From contig JBDRJY010000011.1 of assembly GCA_043814545.1 (NCBI GenBank), positions 13,013 to 77,012 on the forward strand: 64,000 nucleotides of DNA, read 5' to 3'. Source of the DNA: an archaeon (GTDB lineage: Archaea; Nanobdellota; Nanobdellia; SCGC-AAA011-G17; GW2011-AR17). Within the stretch, counting starts at the first letter, position 1. The number at the start of each line of letters is the position of its first letter. The notes beneath the pieces are model-generated. The model did not search any database, was not told the origin of the DNA, and saw nothing but the letters and a program-made list of their open reading frames with translations. Both the position numbers and the translations under genes were made by a program. Positions 10,306 through 20,763 of the stretch are shown one piece after another.

Positions 10306-10836
10306 ATGAAAAAAAAAGGGTCACTTTGGGTATCAGCAGTTCTTTACCTAGCCTTAGGCTTAGTAGTTTTAACCTTGGTCCTGACAGCAGGTATGCCTAT
10401 GATATCTAAAATGAAAGATAAAAACACTGTTGCACAAACAAAAGAAATATTTTACACTCTTAACGAAAACATTCTTGAAGTTGTAAGCGAAGGACCAGGG
10501 TCAAAACGTGTTCTTTCACCGTTTGAAATTAAAGCAGGCGAGTTTAACATTGATAGTATTAATAGTAAAATAATTTGGCAAATGACTACAACGAACGAAC
10601 TTCTCGAACCAGGCATAGAAATTACCGAAGGACCGTTCAAAATGTTATTGTCAGAAACTAACATTGTAGACGAATATGAACTGCAACTAGCCATGTCTTA
10701 CGAAGATACTACAGTTTTGTCTGATACTTCAGATATTCTTGGACCTTATAGTGGTCGATATACTCTTACAGTGACCAGAACCGGTTGGGACACTAATTTA
10801 GAATTGCCTAGTATTGAGATTAAACTGACTGGATAA
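10306..10836 (+). CDS. pilin-like protein (class III signal peptide)
   Basis: MKKKG/SLWVSAVLYLALGLVVL; start reassigned to ATG at 10306. Confidence 0.8.
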   Translation: MKKKGSLWVSAVLYLALGLVVLTLVLTAGMPMISKMKDKNTVAQTKEIFYTLNENILEVVSEGPGSKRVLSPFEIKAGEFNIDSINSKIIWQMTTTNELLEPGIEITEGPFKMLLSETNIVDEYELQLAMSYEDTTVLSDTSDILGPYSGRYTLTVTRTGWDTNLELPSIEIKLTG

Positions 10837-10880
10837 TTCGAAACTTTTATATGTCCAGGATTCTTTAGTTAATTAAAGAG

Positions 10881-12626
10881 GTGCTTATATATATGGAAGA
10901 ACAAGTTAAACAGAATTCTGAAATAGTTCCTAAACCGTTAAAACAAGAAGTACCTAAACCTTTGAAAGAAGTTGAAATTCCACAAACTGAACCTGTTAAA
11001 ACCGATAAAAACGTTAAGCCTAAAAAAGCCAGTTTGATTGAACAAGTGCTGGAAAAATTTAAAGCGCAAGAAAAAGCCGAATACAAAACTGTTTTTGAAA
11101 TTAAACCTATTCTAGATATTCCTAAACTGCCTGATACTAAAGACCTGACACAAATTGATGTAAAATATAAAGTTATTGACCCGTACGTTTCAATACATAT
11201 TTATTGGGACCAAGAAAATAAAGAAATTATCTATAAAGTTGAAGAGCCGGAGCTTAACGAACTTGAAAAGAAACAGTTGAATATTATTGAAGAAGGTTTA
11301 ATCGAATTAATTAATATCAGTTTCATTAATATTAGCGACGAAAAAACTGTTATTGAATATTTAGAGAAAAATCTTAAAATTCTTTTAGACGAACTTTCAA
11401 TCAAAACTTCAATTGAAACATTCAAGAAGTTTATGTATTACATTTGGAGAGATTTTATCGGGATGAACGAAATTGAACCTCTCTTACGAGATTATTATAT
11501 TGAAGATATAGAATGTAACGGTGCTAACAGTCCTATCTATATTGTACATAGAAAATATCAAAACATTAAAACTACTCTTATTTACGAAGATATTACACAT
11601 CTTATACATTTTGTTGAAAAGCTTGCACAGAAATGTTCCAAGTATGTTTCTTATGCTAATCCTCTCTTAGACGGAGTGCTTCCTTCAGGTGAAAGGGTTA
11701 ATGCAACTTATACTGAAGATGTTTCGTCAAAAGGACCAACGTTTACAATACGTAAGTTTACAAAAGAACCTTGGACGCCAATCAAAATCATACAGTTCAG
11801 ATCTGTATCTCCAGAAATCTTTGCGTACCTTTGGATGGCCATCGAACATTCAGCTAACATAATGATTATTGGTCCTACAGGATCAGGAAAAACTTCGTTC
11901 CTGAATGCTATAGCATTTTTTATACCGCCAGCAGCGCGTGTTGTTTCTATCGAAGATACTCGAGAATTAAACCTTAAACATGAAAACTGGTTACCCTCAG
12001 TTGCACGTGCAGGCTTAGGATCTACAACTATTACCGGAGAAAAACATGGCGAAGTTAGTTTGTTTGCCTTACTGAAAGAAAGTTTTCGACAACGGCCCGA
12101 TTATATTATTGTAGGTGAAGTTCGTGGTAAGGAAGCTTTCGTATTATTCCAAGGGATGGCCTCAGGACATTCTAGCTTTGGTACGATGCACGCCGATTCT
12201 GCTGAAACTATGATTAAGCGTCTTGAAACTGCCCCTATCAATTTATCAGCTTCGTTAGTTGAATCCCTTGACATAATTGCTGTAATGATTCCTGCCAAAG
12301 TTAAAGGAAAACAAGTTCGACGATTGCGTGAAATTACTGAAGTTGTTTCAATAACTGAATCAGGTAACACGTTTAACCAACCTTTCCAATGGGACCCTGC
12401 AGCTGACCGTTTTCTTTTCAAAACCGCTAGCAAAGTTTTCCATAAAATTATGAAACGAACAGGAATGAACGAGGCTGAACTTTTACGAGAGTTTAGGTTG
12501 CGAACGTATTTACTTTTAGCAATGACACGACAAAACATTGTTGGGTTCAAAGAAGTGCAAGACATAATCAACGAATATTATAAAGATCCCTTAACAGTTC
12601 TTAGACGGTTTCAAATTATACGATGA
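10881..12626 (+). CDS. type IV pilus assembly ATPase (TadA/FlaI/VirB11-like)
   Basis: IEDIECNG, FTIRKF, GPTGSGKT, SIEDTRE, RQRPDYIIVGEVRG and GH...TMHA motifs. Confidence 0.95.
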   Translation: MLIYMEEQVKQNSEIVPKPLKQEVPKPLKEVEIPQTEPVKTDKNVKPKKASLIEQVLEKFKAQEKAEYKTVFEIKPILDIPKLPDTKDLTQIDVKYKVIDPYVSIHIYWDQENKEIIYKVEEPELNELEKKQLNIIEEGLIELINISFINISDEKTVIEYLEKNLKILLDELSIKTSIETFKKFMYYIWRDFIGMNEIEPLLRDYYIEDIECNGANSPIYIVHRKYQNIKTTLIYEDITHLIHFVEKLAQKCSKYVSYANPLLDGVLPSGERVNATYTEDVSSKGPTFTIRKFTKEPWTPIKIIQFRSVSPEIFAYLWMAIEHSANIMIIGPTGSGKTSFLNAIAFFIPPAARVVSIEDTRELNLKHENWLPSVARAGLGSTTITGEKHGEVSLFALLKESFRQRPDYIIVGEVRGKEAFVLFQGMASGHSSFGTMHADSAETMIKRLETAPINLSASLVESLDIIAVMIPAKVKGKQVRRLREITEVVSITESGNTFNQPFQWDPAADRFLFKTASKVFHKIMKRTGMNEAELLREFRLRTYLLLAMTRQNIVGFKEVQDIINEYYKDPLTVLRRFQIIR

Positions 12627-12790
12627 GCCTTGACACAATCGAACAGGATACGAAAACGTTAATAGAAGCGATTTACCAGTACGACAGCGTTAAAAAAAAT
12701 ACAAAGCAAGAAGCGAAAGCTAAAGAATATATTCTTCAAATTCTTGAAAAGATTAAAGCCGAGGTTGAGGACGCAAAGATTCAAAAATGA
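12623..12790 (+). CDS. small 55-aa helical protein, absent from the ORF track
   Basis: MSLDTIEQDTKTLIEAIYQYDSVKKNTKQEAKAKEYILQILEKIKAEVEDAKIQK; ATGA overlaps with both neighbours. Confidence 0.75.
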   Translation: MSLDTIEQDTKTLIEAIYQYDSVKKNTKQEAKAKEYILQILEKIKAEVEDAKIQK

Positions 12791-13995
12791 AAACTGAGAT
12801 TAAAAGACTTGCAAACGAAATGTATGAAAATATTAAACAAATTAAACAGCTAGAACAATCTCAAGAACAAGATAAAGAAACAAAAAAAAAGATTTTTAAT
12901 TATCTTATCCACATTGAAACTAACGCTGAAAAGATTGAAAGTGAATTAACTTCTACACATTTTTCCATTTTGAAAAAGAAAAAAGTTTTACTTGCACCTA
13001 AAATTAAAAAACAGTACATGAAAGATGTTAACATTGAAAGCGAGTATCTTAAACAATTTTCAAAAAAGGTTAAAGAAAAAAAGGGTATGGTTGTTGATAA
13101 GCCTTATACCTTATATAAGACGAATGAATTTGGTAAGATATCTAACAAATATTTTAAAAATTTAGTTTTTAATAGTATTCCTAAATATCCCAAGTTTTTT
13201 AAAGATTTTGAAATTGCGTTGCAGAAAGCTGACACCAAAATTTTTTCTAGAACATATTTTAGCATGATGATTCTAGGGAGTATTTTAGGTGCGATAAGCA
13301 CTTTCTTAGGCACATTATTATTTTGGCAAACTCCTCTTTTAATTACAAAAATTGTTGGAGCTGTTGCAATGTTTTTCATTGGCGGTATTGTAACTGCTGC
13401 ATTGTTTTATTATGCACCAGTAAGCTCAGCTAACTCCCGTGAAACTAAAATTAAAAATGAGTTGCCGTTTGTAATTGTACACATGTCTGCTGTTGCAGGC
13501 AGCGGTGCTAAACCAATTTCTATGTTTCAAACAGTTTTAGCGTCAAAAGAATATCCTACCTTACAACCTGAAATTAAAAAAGTTGTAAATTATGTTAACT
13601 TGTTTGGTTATGATTTAACTACCGCTTTACGCATAACTGCAAAAACCACTCCATCCCAAAGGTTTAAAGATATGTTAGACGGAATGGTTAGCACTCTTGA
13701 AAGTGGAGGTGATTTGAAAGAGTATCTTGAAGCTCTTGCTGACGAAGCTATGAACACTTACAAGCTTGAACGTCAAAAATATAGCGAAGTTATTTCGACT
13801 TATTCAGACATCTATACAGGATTGTTGATTGCTGCACCGTTACTGTTTTTTGTAACTTTAACTATAATCCAAATGCTTGGCGGATCAATTGGAGGTTTAA
13901 GCATTACGTCAATTGCAAGCATGGGGACTTATATTGCAATACCGTTACTTAACATAGGGTTCATGGTCTTTTTAGAGGTGGTAAGTCCAAAATGA
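12787..13995 (+). CDS. type II secretion F / TadC-FlaJ-like membrane platform protein
   Basis: ELPF...MSAVAGSG, GYDLTTAL...TPS, SGGDL motifs and TM segments. Confidence 0.9.
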   Translation: MKTEIKRLANEMYENIKQIKQLEQSQEQDKETKKKIFNYLIHIETNAEKIESELTSTHFSILKKKKVLLAPKIKKQYMKDVNIESEYLKQFSKKVKEKKGMVVDKPYTLYKTNEFGKISNKYFKNLVFNSIPKYPKFFKDFEIALQKADTKIFSRTYFSMMILGSILGAISTFLGTLLFWQTPLLITKIVGAVAMFFIGGIVTAALFYYAPVSSANSRETKIKNELPFVIVHMSAVAGSGAKPISMFQTVLASKEYPTLQPEIKKVVNYVNLFGYDLTTALRITAKTTPSQRFKDMLDGMVSTLESGGDLKEYLEALADEAMNTYKLERQKYSEVISTYSDIYTGLLIAAPLLFFVTLTIIQMLGGSIGGLSITSIASMGTYIAIPLLNIGFMVFLEVVSPK

Positions 13996-14861
13996 GGATT
14001 CAATTCAGAAACATATACTTTGCATGGTTCTTTGTAGCTTTCATTATCTTAACCACAAACTTTTATTTGTTCTTTAACTTTGGTGCAGATTTTGGTTCTA
14101 ACACTAGATGGTTCTTCCCCCTTTTCATTATCGGACTGTTAGTTGCATCCGGACAATTCTGGATTGATTTTATAAAAGAACGTGAACGGCAAAAACGAAT
14201 TGAAGTTAAATTTTTAGATTTTGTACGTAACTTGTCAAGCACTGTCAAGTCTGGAATTTCTATACCTGCTTCAATTGTACAAGCTGCTAGCAAAGATTAT
14301 TCGGAACTTAACCCTTACATTAAAAAATTGTCTAACCAAATTCAAACAGGAATCTCTGTGCATAAAGCTTTGCAAACATTTGCTAACGATACACATAACC
14401 CTATGATAAAACGTGCAGTAAGTATTGTTAACGAAGCTGAAGCAAGCGGAGGCGATATTGAAAATGTTTTAACTTCAGTTACAGCATCCGTAGTTTCAAT
14501 TAAAAAAATAAAAGAAGAACGTAAGTCTAGCATCTATTCGCAAATGGTACAAGGATACATAATCTATTTTGTTTTCATAGGTATCATGTTACTGTTACAA
14601 TTGAAACTTTTCCCTAAACTGACAGAAGTCGGTTCATCGTTAGGAACGAGTGGAGGGTTATTAGGCTCAGCTATTCAAACAGGTGCAGAAACTGTGAATT
14701 TAGACTTTACTTTTTTTATTTTAATATTAATTCAAGGATTTTTTGCAGGTTTAATGATCGGAAAATTTTCCGAAGGTTCTATAAAAGATGGAGTCATACA
14801 TTCTTTAATATTAGTAGTGACAGCAGCGCTAATCGTTACAACTGTAAAAGGAGGCATATGA
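13992..14861 (+). CDS. second T2SSF / TadC-like platform protein
   Basis: FLDFVRNL...SGISI, SGGDI, QGFFAGLMIGKFSEG. Confidence 0.9.
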   Translation: MRIQFRNIYFAWFFVAFIILTTNFYLFFNFGADFGSNTRWFFPLFIIGLLVASGQFWIDFIKERERQKRIEVKFLDFVRNLSSTVKSGISIPASIVQAASKDYSELNPYIKKLSNQIQTGISVHKALQTFANDTHNPMIKRAVSIVNEAEASGGDIENVLTSVTASVVSIKKIKEERKSSIYSQMVQGYIIYFVFIGIMLLLQLKLFPKLTEVGSSLGTSGGLLGSAIQTGAETVNLDFTFFILILIQGFFAGLMIGKFSEGSIKDGVIHSLILVVTAALIVTTVKGGI

Positions 14862-14862
14862 T

Positions 14863-15702
14863 ATGAAGAAAAAAGGTGCAGTACACGTTGATTGGATTAT
14901 TAGCATTTCAATCTTTATTGTTTTTGTTTTACTTTTAATAATTTTAATTCAACCGAGCATGACCCCTGTTTATGATTTAAGTTCTCTTTCAGAAATTGTT
15001 GATGCACGTTTAGATAAAAATACAAAGTGGGAAATAGAAAAAACTGCCATCTTCCTTGAAGGCGGTACCCAAATGGTAAATGGTATTGTGTCCATTACAG
15101 ACTTTTTTCCTTTTGAGAAAGATCCTACTTCACAAAATAAATATGCTATCGTTGACGAAATAAATAATGAAGTCGATTCAATAATTAATATTAATTCAAA
15201 TATTGGAAGCAAAGATAATATACAGTTCATAGGCACACCTGGAAATTATTATTGGTTGTTGTACAGTGCTGACGCAGATTTTGATCATGATGGTTTACCT
15301 CCTGCTGGAGATGTTTTTTGTTATGATGTTGATGATACTTTAGGTGTTTGCGAAGATAAGTATGTGTTAGGGGCGACTGAAACTCTTGAAGGCTTTAACT
15401 TTAAAGCTTTAGACGATCTTCAAACTTTATGCAATACTGATTATGAAATTATTAAAACAAATTTTAATTATCCTGAGAATAAAGAATTTTCAATTTATTA
15501 TGTTTACACTGACGATGCTGTTTATGATTTTACGGAAACTATTGGGTTGTGTAACTGGGACTATAACGCTAACCCTAACCGACCTCATACAGAAATTACA
15601 CCGTATGAACAAGCAAACATTTTTGTAAAAGAATATCTTTACTGGATATTAAACGAAGATGGAACTACTGACTCCATCTTGGTAAACATTAAGGTATGGT
15701 AA
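14863..15702 (+). CDS. minor pilin-like protein
   Basis: MKKKG/AVHVDWIISISIFIVFV class III-like signal. Confidence 0.75.
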   Translation: MKKKGAVHVDWIISISIFIVFVLLLIILIQPSMTPVYDLSSLSEIVDARLDKNTKWEIEKTAIFLEGGTQMVNGIVSITDFFPFEKDPTSQNKYAIVDEINNEVDSIININSNIGSKDNIQFIGTPGNYYWLLYSADADFDHDGLPPAGDVFCYDVDDTLGVCEDKYVLGATETLEGFNFKALDDLQTLCNTDYEIIKTNFNYPENKEFSIYYVYTDDAVYDFTETIGLCNWDYNANPNRPHTEITPYEQANIFVKEYLYWILNEDGTTDSILVNIKVW

Positions 15703-16130
15703 AAATGAATAAGAAAGGTTTTATCCGGACATTGGAAGCGGTCATAGCTATAATTTTATTATTAACCTTTGTATTTTGGTTAATGCCTACGCATATTGGT
15801 GATGAAAGTGAAACACCTGAAATAATTTCAGCTGCAGAAACTTTGATTAACCATCATCTGATTAACGACGGTAATGTTCGTACTTTGATTGTAAACGCTG
15901 ACCCTGATTCTCCTCAATCGCAAGCATACCAAGATGCTTACACTGAAATTGGAAATATAATGGAACTGTATAGCCCGCCTAACTATGAATACCAATTTTC
16001 AATTTGTAAAGATGTGAACTGTTATATTGAAGCTTCTGAATCTTCAGTTTACATGAATGATGTTTTGATTAGCTCCGACATGGATGGTACGCAACAAATT
16101 AGAATTGTACGTATGTGGTTCTATCAATAG
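15696..16130 (+). CDS. minor pilin-like protein
   Basis: MNKKG/FIRTLEAVIAIILL signal. Confidence 0.75.
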   Translation: MVKMNKKGFIRTLEAVIAIILLLTFVFWLMPTHIGDESETPEIISAAETLINHHLINDGNVRTLIVNADPDSPQSQAYQDAYTEIGNIMELYSPPNYEYQFSICKDVNCYIEASESSVYMNDVLISSDMDGTQQIRIVRMWFYQ

Positions 16131-16162
16131 TTATTTAAATTAAAACTCTTTTTCTTTTTTTT

Positions 16163-16573
16163 ATGAAATACAAGTTTTTAGAAGATATGACCTCAGACGT
16201 TGTGTACGAAGCTTATGGTAAAACTCTTAAGGAAATTTTTGTTAACGCAGCCGAAGGTATGTTTGAAGTTATTTGCCAAAAAGATAAGATTGAACCTAAA
16301 GATTTTGTTGAAGTTGATGTAAACGCTGATAATCTTGAAGATCTTATGTTTAGTTGGTTGCAAGAATTGATCGCTTTAGTAGATGTTGAAGAAATGTTTT
16401 TTTGTAAGTTTGAAATTCTTGAAATTTCTGAAACTAAACTGAAAGCTAAAGTTTATGGTGAACCTATTTCTCCTGCAAAGGGTGAAACTGTTGTGAAAAG
16501 TTTAACTTATTACAAATATAAATTTGAAAAAGTTGCTAAAAGGTATAAAGTTACTGTTAGCATGGATATCTGA
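16163..16573 (+). CDS. archease (RtcB activator)
   Basis: YKFLEDMTSDV..EAYG.TL.E.F.NAA, WLQEL, VKSLTY and C-terminal DI. Confidence 0.93.
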   Translation: MKYKFLEDMTSDVVYEAYGKTLKEIFVNAAEGMFEVICQKDKIEPKDFVEVDVNADNLEDLMFSWLQELIALVDVEEMFFCKFEILEISETKLKAKVYGEPISPAKGETVVKSLTYYKYKFEKVAKRYKVTVSMDI

Positions 16574-16575
16574 AG

Positions 16576-17316
16576 ATGGAATCTGAGAATAGAAACCTAA
16601 TTACTTTTGAGAAAATTCTTGGACAATATTCAATCGCTGGTGCGTTATGTTCTAATGCTGATGTTGTTGATTTTGTAGATGATACTAAACAAGGTATTCT
16701 CGTGGTAGATACTTGCGGGCATAATATTGAAGATGGAAATGAAATGAGAAACTTTGTAAGAAGAACTATAGAAGGTGGATGGGGTATCGAAGGAAATGCT
16801 GAACAAGAGTTAAAAAAATTGGGACAAATGTTTAATTCTCTTAGAAAACCTGGCGAAAGTCAATTTGTTGATAAATGGTACACTTGCGTCTCAGCATCAT
16901 ATACTCAATTTGATAATGATCTTATTACAATTGCTATGGGTGGTGCTCTTGGAAAGACTTATATTTTAAGATTAGATGAGACTCTTATTATAAATCATAT
17001 GGATCGTGTGATAGATTATGATTATCAAAAAAAACATAAGCCTGCTTATGAAACTCGGTTAGAAAATGATGATATATTATTTTTACAAACTGATGGTTTT
17101 TTAGATAATATTATAAAAAAATCTTTAAAAAAAGGGATTGAATGGGAGGTTGCAGATGAAACTGCCAATAAGTTATTAGATGATCTGTTGAGAGAATTTC
17201 AAAAAGAACCAGTAAATGTGATAAGAAACGCTTTAGTTAATTCTTTAAAACAATATTTTTTACCATTAAGTAATCGAGATGACGATACAACTTTTGTTAT
17301 AGTAAAATATATCTAA
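16576..17316 (+). CDS. PP2C/SpoIIE-like phosphatase-domain protein
   Basis: D..DF, VVDTCGH, LQTDGF and RDDDTTFVIV motifs. Confidence 0.75.
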   Translation: MESENRNLITFEKILGQYSIAGALCSNADVVDFVDDTKQGILVVDTCGHNIEDGNEMRNFVRRTIEGGWGIEGNAEQELKKLGQMFNSLRKPGESQFVDKWYTCVSASYTQFDNDLITIAMGGALGKTYILRLDETLIINHMDRVIDYDYQKKHKPAYETRLENDDILFLQTDGFLDNIIKKSLKKGIEWEVADETANKLLDDLLREFQKEPVNVIRNALVNSLKQYFLPLSNRDDDTTFVIVKYI

Positions 17317-17437
17317 TTTCTTAAAATTTGAATAAAATATTCTAAAAAGAATAAAATACAGATTACATTTACAAAAACTTTAAATAATTAAAACATAATT
17401 TTCTCCGATTAGCTATATAATAAAGGAGGCTCTAAAT

Positions 17438-19087
17438 ATGAAAAAACATTTTTTTACATCTGAATCAGTTACAGAAGGTCACCCTGACAAAATGTGCGAC
17501 CAAATTTCTGATGCAATCTTAGACGCAATGCTTGAACAAGACCCGGAATCGCGAGTAGCTTGTGAAACTCTTACAACAACGGGCTTAGTTGTAGTTGCGG
17601 GAGAAATCACTTCTAAGGCTATCGTTGATGTTAGAAATATTGTAAGAAAAACTATTAATGAAATTGGATACAATTCGCCAGAAATGGGTTTCGACGGTAA
17701 CAGTTGTTCCGTAATGGTTGCTCTTGACGAACAAAGCCCGGACATTTCGCAAGGTGTTTCCGAAGGTGAAGGTCTTCATAAAGAACAAGGTGCAGGCGAT
17801 CAAGGTATGATGTTTGGGTTTGCTTGTAACGAAACTCCTGAGTTTTTACCATTACCAATTGTACTATCACATAAACTAACAAAAAAACTTGCTGACTTAA
17901 GAAAATCTGGCCAATTAAATTATCTAAGACCAGACGGTAAATCGCAAGTTACAGTCGAATACCAAGATGGGAAGCCTCTAAGAGTTGATACTGTTGTTAT
18001 CTCAACACAACATAACGAAAATGTTTCTCACGAACAGTTAAAAAACGAAGTTATTGAACAAATTGTTAAACCTGTTTGTGGCGAATGGTTAGACGAAAAC
18101 ACTAATTACCATATTAACCCTACCGGAAAATTTATTATCGGTGGTCCTGTCGGCGATACTGGTTTGACTGGACGTAAAATTATTGTTGACACTTACGGCG
18201 GGTCTGCTTGCCACGGCGGTGGAGCGTTCTCAGGTAAAGATCCTTCTAAAGTAGACAGAAGCGGTGCATACATTTCTCGTTATATTGCGAAAAATGTTGT
18301 TGCTGCCGGACTTGCTGACAAATGTGAAATACAAATTGCATATGCAATCGGTGTAGCACATCCAGTTTCAGTTTTGGTTAACACTTTCGGTACACATAAA
18401 GTGCCTGAAGAAGAAATTGAACGTGCTGTAATTAAAATATTTAAACTAAAACCTCAACAAATCATTGAAGAGTTGAAGTTAAAAAGACCTATCTACAAAA
18501 AAACTGCAGCTTACGGTCACTTTGGTCGAACTGAACTTAGTTTTACGTGGGAATTAACCGATAAAGCTGAAGCATTACGTAAAGAAGCTTATGGTAACTT
18601 AACAACGCCGCAGATGGAAGATGTTGACAGAAATTCAACTGAAGAATTGGTAATGAACTTGCAAGGTATCCGACGTAAAATGCCTGAAATACATATTACA
18701 CCACCAAGTTTTACAGTGCAAGAAGAACGACCTGTTCAAGAATATGTGCAAGAATATGTACATGAACCTATAGTAGAACCAGTACAAGAATATGTACATG
18801 AACCTATAGTAGAACCAATACAAGAATATGTACATGAACCAGTAATAGAAGAAGTCTTTGTTAAAGAAACTCCTTGCTGCGATTCAATGTGTGAATGTCA
18901 ACCACAAGAAAATATTGAAGATTATGAATATTTACCAGTTGAAGAACCACAAATGAAACAAAGCATTAACGAAAACGGTGAAGCGCAAAACCATTTTGTA
19001 CCACCTTCTGAAAAAATTAACATCTATGAAGAAGTTTTTGAAGATGAAGACGACTGGGAAGAACAAGAAGATCCTAACTTCTTTTAA
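17438..19087 (+). CDS. metK: bacterial-type S-adenosylmethionine synthetase with a long acidic C-terminal extension
   Basis: [35 protein letters not shown] and YGHFGR motifs. Confidence 0.95.
   Translation: MKKHFFTSESVTEGHPDKMCDQISDAILDAMLEQDPESRVACETLTTTGLVVVAGEITSKAIVDVRNIVRKTINEIGYNSPEMGFDGNSCSVMVALDEQSPDISQGVSEGEGLHKEQGAGDQGMMFGFACNETPEFLPLPIVLSHKLTKKLADLRKSGQLNYLRPDGKSQVTVEYQDGKPLRVDTVVISTQHNENVSHEQLKNEVIEQIVKPVCGEWLDENTNYHINPTGKFIIGGPVGDTGLTGRKIIVDTYGGSACHGGGAFSGKDPSKVDRSGAYISRYIAKNVVAAGLADKCEIQIAYAIGVAHPVSVLVNTFGTHKVPEEEIERAVIKIFKLKPQQIIEELKLKRPIYKKTAAYGHFGRTELSFTWELTDKAEALRKEAYGNLTTPQMEDVDRNSTEELVMNLQGIRRKMPEIHITPPSFTVQEERPVQEYVQEYVHEPIVEPVQEYVHEPIVEPIQEYVHEPVIEEVFVKETPCCDSMCECQPQENIEDYEYLPVEEPQMKQSINENGEAQNHFVPPSEKINIYEEVFEDEDDWEEQEDPNFF
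18737..18850 (+). repeat. 36-bp coding tandem repeat (x3, [12 protein letters not shown]) in the MetK tail
   Basis: caagaatatgtacatgaacc at 18749, 18785 and 18821; partial unit at 18737. Confidence 0.9.
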
Positions 19088-19102
19088 TTTTTTTATTAAA
19101 AA

Positions 19103-19768
19103 ATGCGAATTGGAAAAAAATTTGAATTTGGGTATCCCTGTATTGGACAAGGTCTTGGCTATAGATGGCCGGATGAAGAAATTGATTATAATTTAAAACT
19201 AAAAGAACAAAAAGAAGAATTGGGAAAATTTTTATTAGAAAAAACCAAAGAATATATTGAAACTTTTGAAATTTCTACTTATAGAGGATACCCTTATTTG
19301 CAATTTGGAGATGATGGTTTTGCAATTCATATTGGCGACGGTGGCCGTTGGGTAGACATAGGCAATCAAATGTTTAATGCTTTAGGAAGTTTTCATAATT
19401 TAGATTATTATGGAGAACATTTTGCTGGTTTTAATCTTGCATCAGACACACTTGAATATCTTGATGAAACAATTAAAGCGCCACGGATTTTAAAAAATGA
19501 TATTGTACAATATTCTTTACCAAATGGTTCACAAATTATTCCGCCAGAAATATTTCCAAAACAAGAAATTTTACAAAGATTTTTTGACATTGCACAATTA
19601 GGTACAATTGAAAACATACAATTAGACGAAGATCAACAAATCATAAATAAATCGCAAGGTATTATTTCTATAACTAATGGTGTTTGTGAAGGAAAAGAGT
19701 TTCATGGTTTCCATTTAAACAAAGCAACAAAAGTAATTGCGTATTTGTTAACTGCATTTAATGTTTGA
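19103..19768 (+). CDS. hypothetical protein
   Basis: 221-aa ORF with no recognised motif. Confidence 0.7.
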   Translation: MRIGKKFEFGYPCIGQGLGYRWPDEEIDYNLKLKEQKEELGKFLLEKTKEYIETFEISTYRGYPYLQFGDDGFAIHIGDGGRWVDIGNQMFNALGSFHNLDYYGEHFAGFNLASDTLEYLDETIKAPRILKNDIVQYSLPNGSQIIPPEIFPKQEILQRFFDIAQLGTIENIQLDEDQQIINKSQGIISITNGVCEGKEFHGFHLNKATKVIAYLLTAFNV

Positions 19769-19833
19769 ACCCTTAACCAGAAGGGAAAACTCCATAAAAC
19801 TTAAATATCTTAACAAAGAGTATTAATAATTCT

Positions 19834-20721
19834 ATGAAAGTTAAAAGAGGTTTACAACTTTTGTTAATGGGTTTTGCTTTAACTATTTCTGGTAATGCTC
19901 AAGAACAACCAATAGAAAAACCTGTAACAGCAACTAAAACTAAAGAGGATTTTAGAAATAAGTATAGATTTGAAGGTTATGAACCTACTACATTCTCAAC
20001 TGAGAAACAAGATTATGGTAATTGGAAAAATCTTGTAATAACACATCCTGAATCTGAACCTTACCTAGATTATATTGAACAGTCATGTAACAAATACCAA
20101 GACATTTATCCTGTCGATCCTATCTTAATTCTTAACCTTCTTGAACAAGAATCACATTTTGACCCTAACGCTGTATCTTACATGGGTGCTGCTGGTATTG
20201 CACAGTTTATGCCGTCCACTGCAAAATATGAATATGGTTTGAAAATTTATGAGCCTAAGTATTATAACGAATGGTTGAAAGCTTTCAGGATGAAACGTAA
20301 GTACAAAAATCTTGCCCAAAGTAGTTTAATGTTTGACGGTCCTAACGAAGAAGATATGAAAATTGATGATTGGGTTAACTATGTGCAAACGTATAAACAC
20401 GGACAGTACGTTGAACTTTATAACAAATATTCTGATCAAGAACGTGAGTTAAGAGATTTGTACAAAAATGATCTTTTAGAACATAAAGATGAAGATGAAA
20501 GATTCAACCCAGAAATTGAAATTGATGTTTGTGTATATTACATTGCCAAGTCAATGAAAACTCGAGATGGTGACATACGTGAAGCTTTATCGTCATACAA
20601 CGCTGGGATGCATAATGTTAAGATTTATGATGGTATTCCACCTTACAAAGAAACAGTTCTTTACCAAAATAGAATTTATAACGGATACAAAAGCGATAAA
20701 AAATTTTTAGAAAGAAAATAG
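19834..20721 (+). CDS. secreted lytic transglycosylase (SLT domain)
   Basis: Signal peptide; QESHFDPNAVS, GAAGIAQFMPSTA, ALSSYNAG and IPPYKET..Y motifs. Confidence 0.9.
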   Translation: MKVKRGLQLLLMGFALTISGNAQEQPIEKPVTATKTKEDFRNKYRFEGYEPTTFSTEKQDYGNWKNLVITHPESEPYLDYIEQSCNKYQDIYPVDPILILNLLEQESHFDPNAVSYMGAAGIAQFMPSTAKYEYGLKIYEPKYYNEWLKAFRMKRKYKNLAQSSLMFDGPNEEDMKIDDWVNYVQTYKHGQYVELYNKYSDQERELRDLYKNDLLEHKDEDERFNPEIEIDVCVYYIAKSMKTRDGDIREALSSYNAGMHNVKIYDGIPPYKETVLYQNRIYNGYKSDKKFLERK

Positions 20722-20740
20722 GTTTTTGCCTTCGGCTTAA
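20721..20740 (+). repeat. consensus copy of the dispersed ~20-bp hairpin repeat GGTTTTTGCCTTCGGCTTAA
   Basis: Other copies: 612-630(-), 1603-1622(+), 2201-2220(-), 19773-19792(-), 23250-23268(+), 23665-23683(-), 29874-29893(+), 38395-38414(+), 39554-39573(-). Confidence 0.8.
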
Positions 20741-20763
20741 TACAAAGTTAAAAAATAAAAAAA

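Noticed and set aside
9764-16130. Archaellum operon
   Set aside because: No FlaH/FlaF/FlaG-like genes; two TadC-like genes fit a pilus better
18737-18850. 36-bp repeats as a CRISPR array
   Set aside because: Contiguous in-frame coding repeats with no unique spacers; no cas genes in the window
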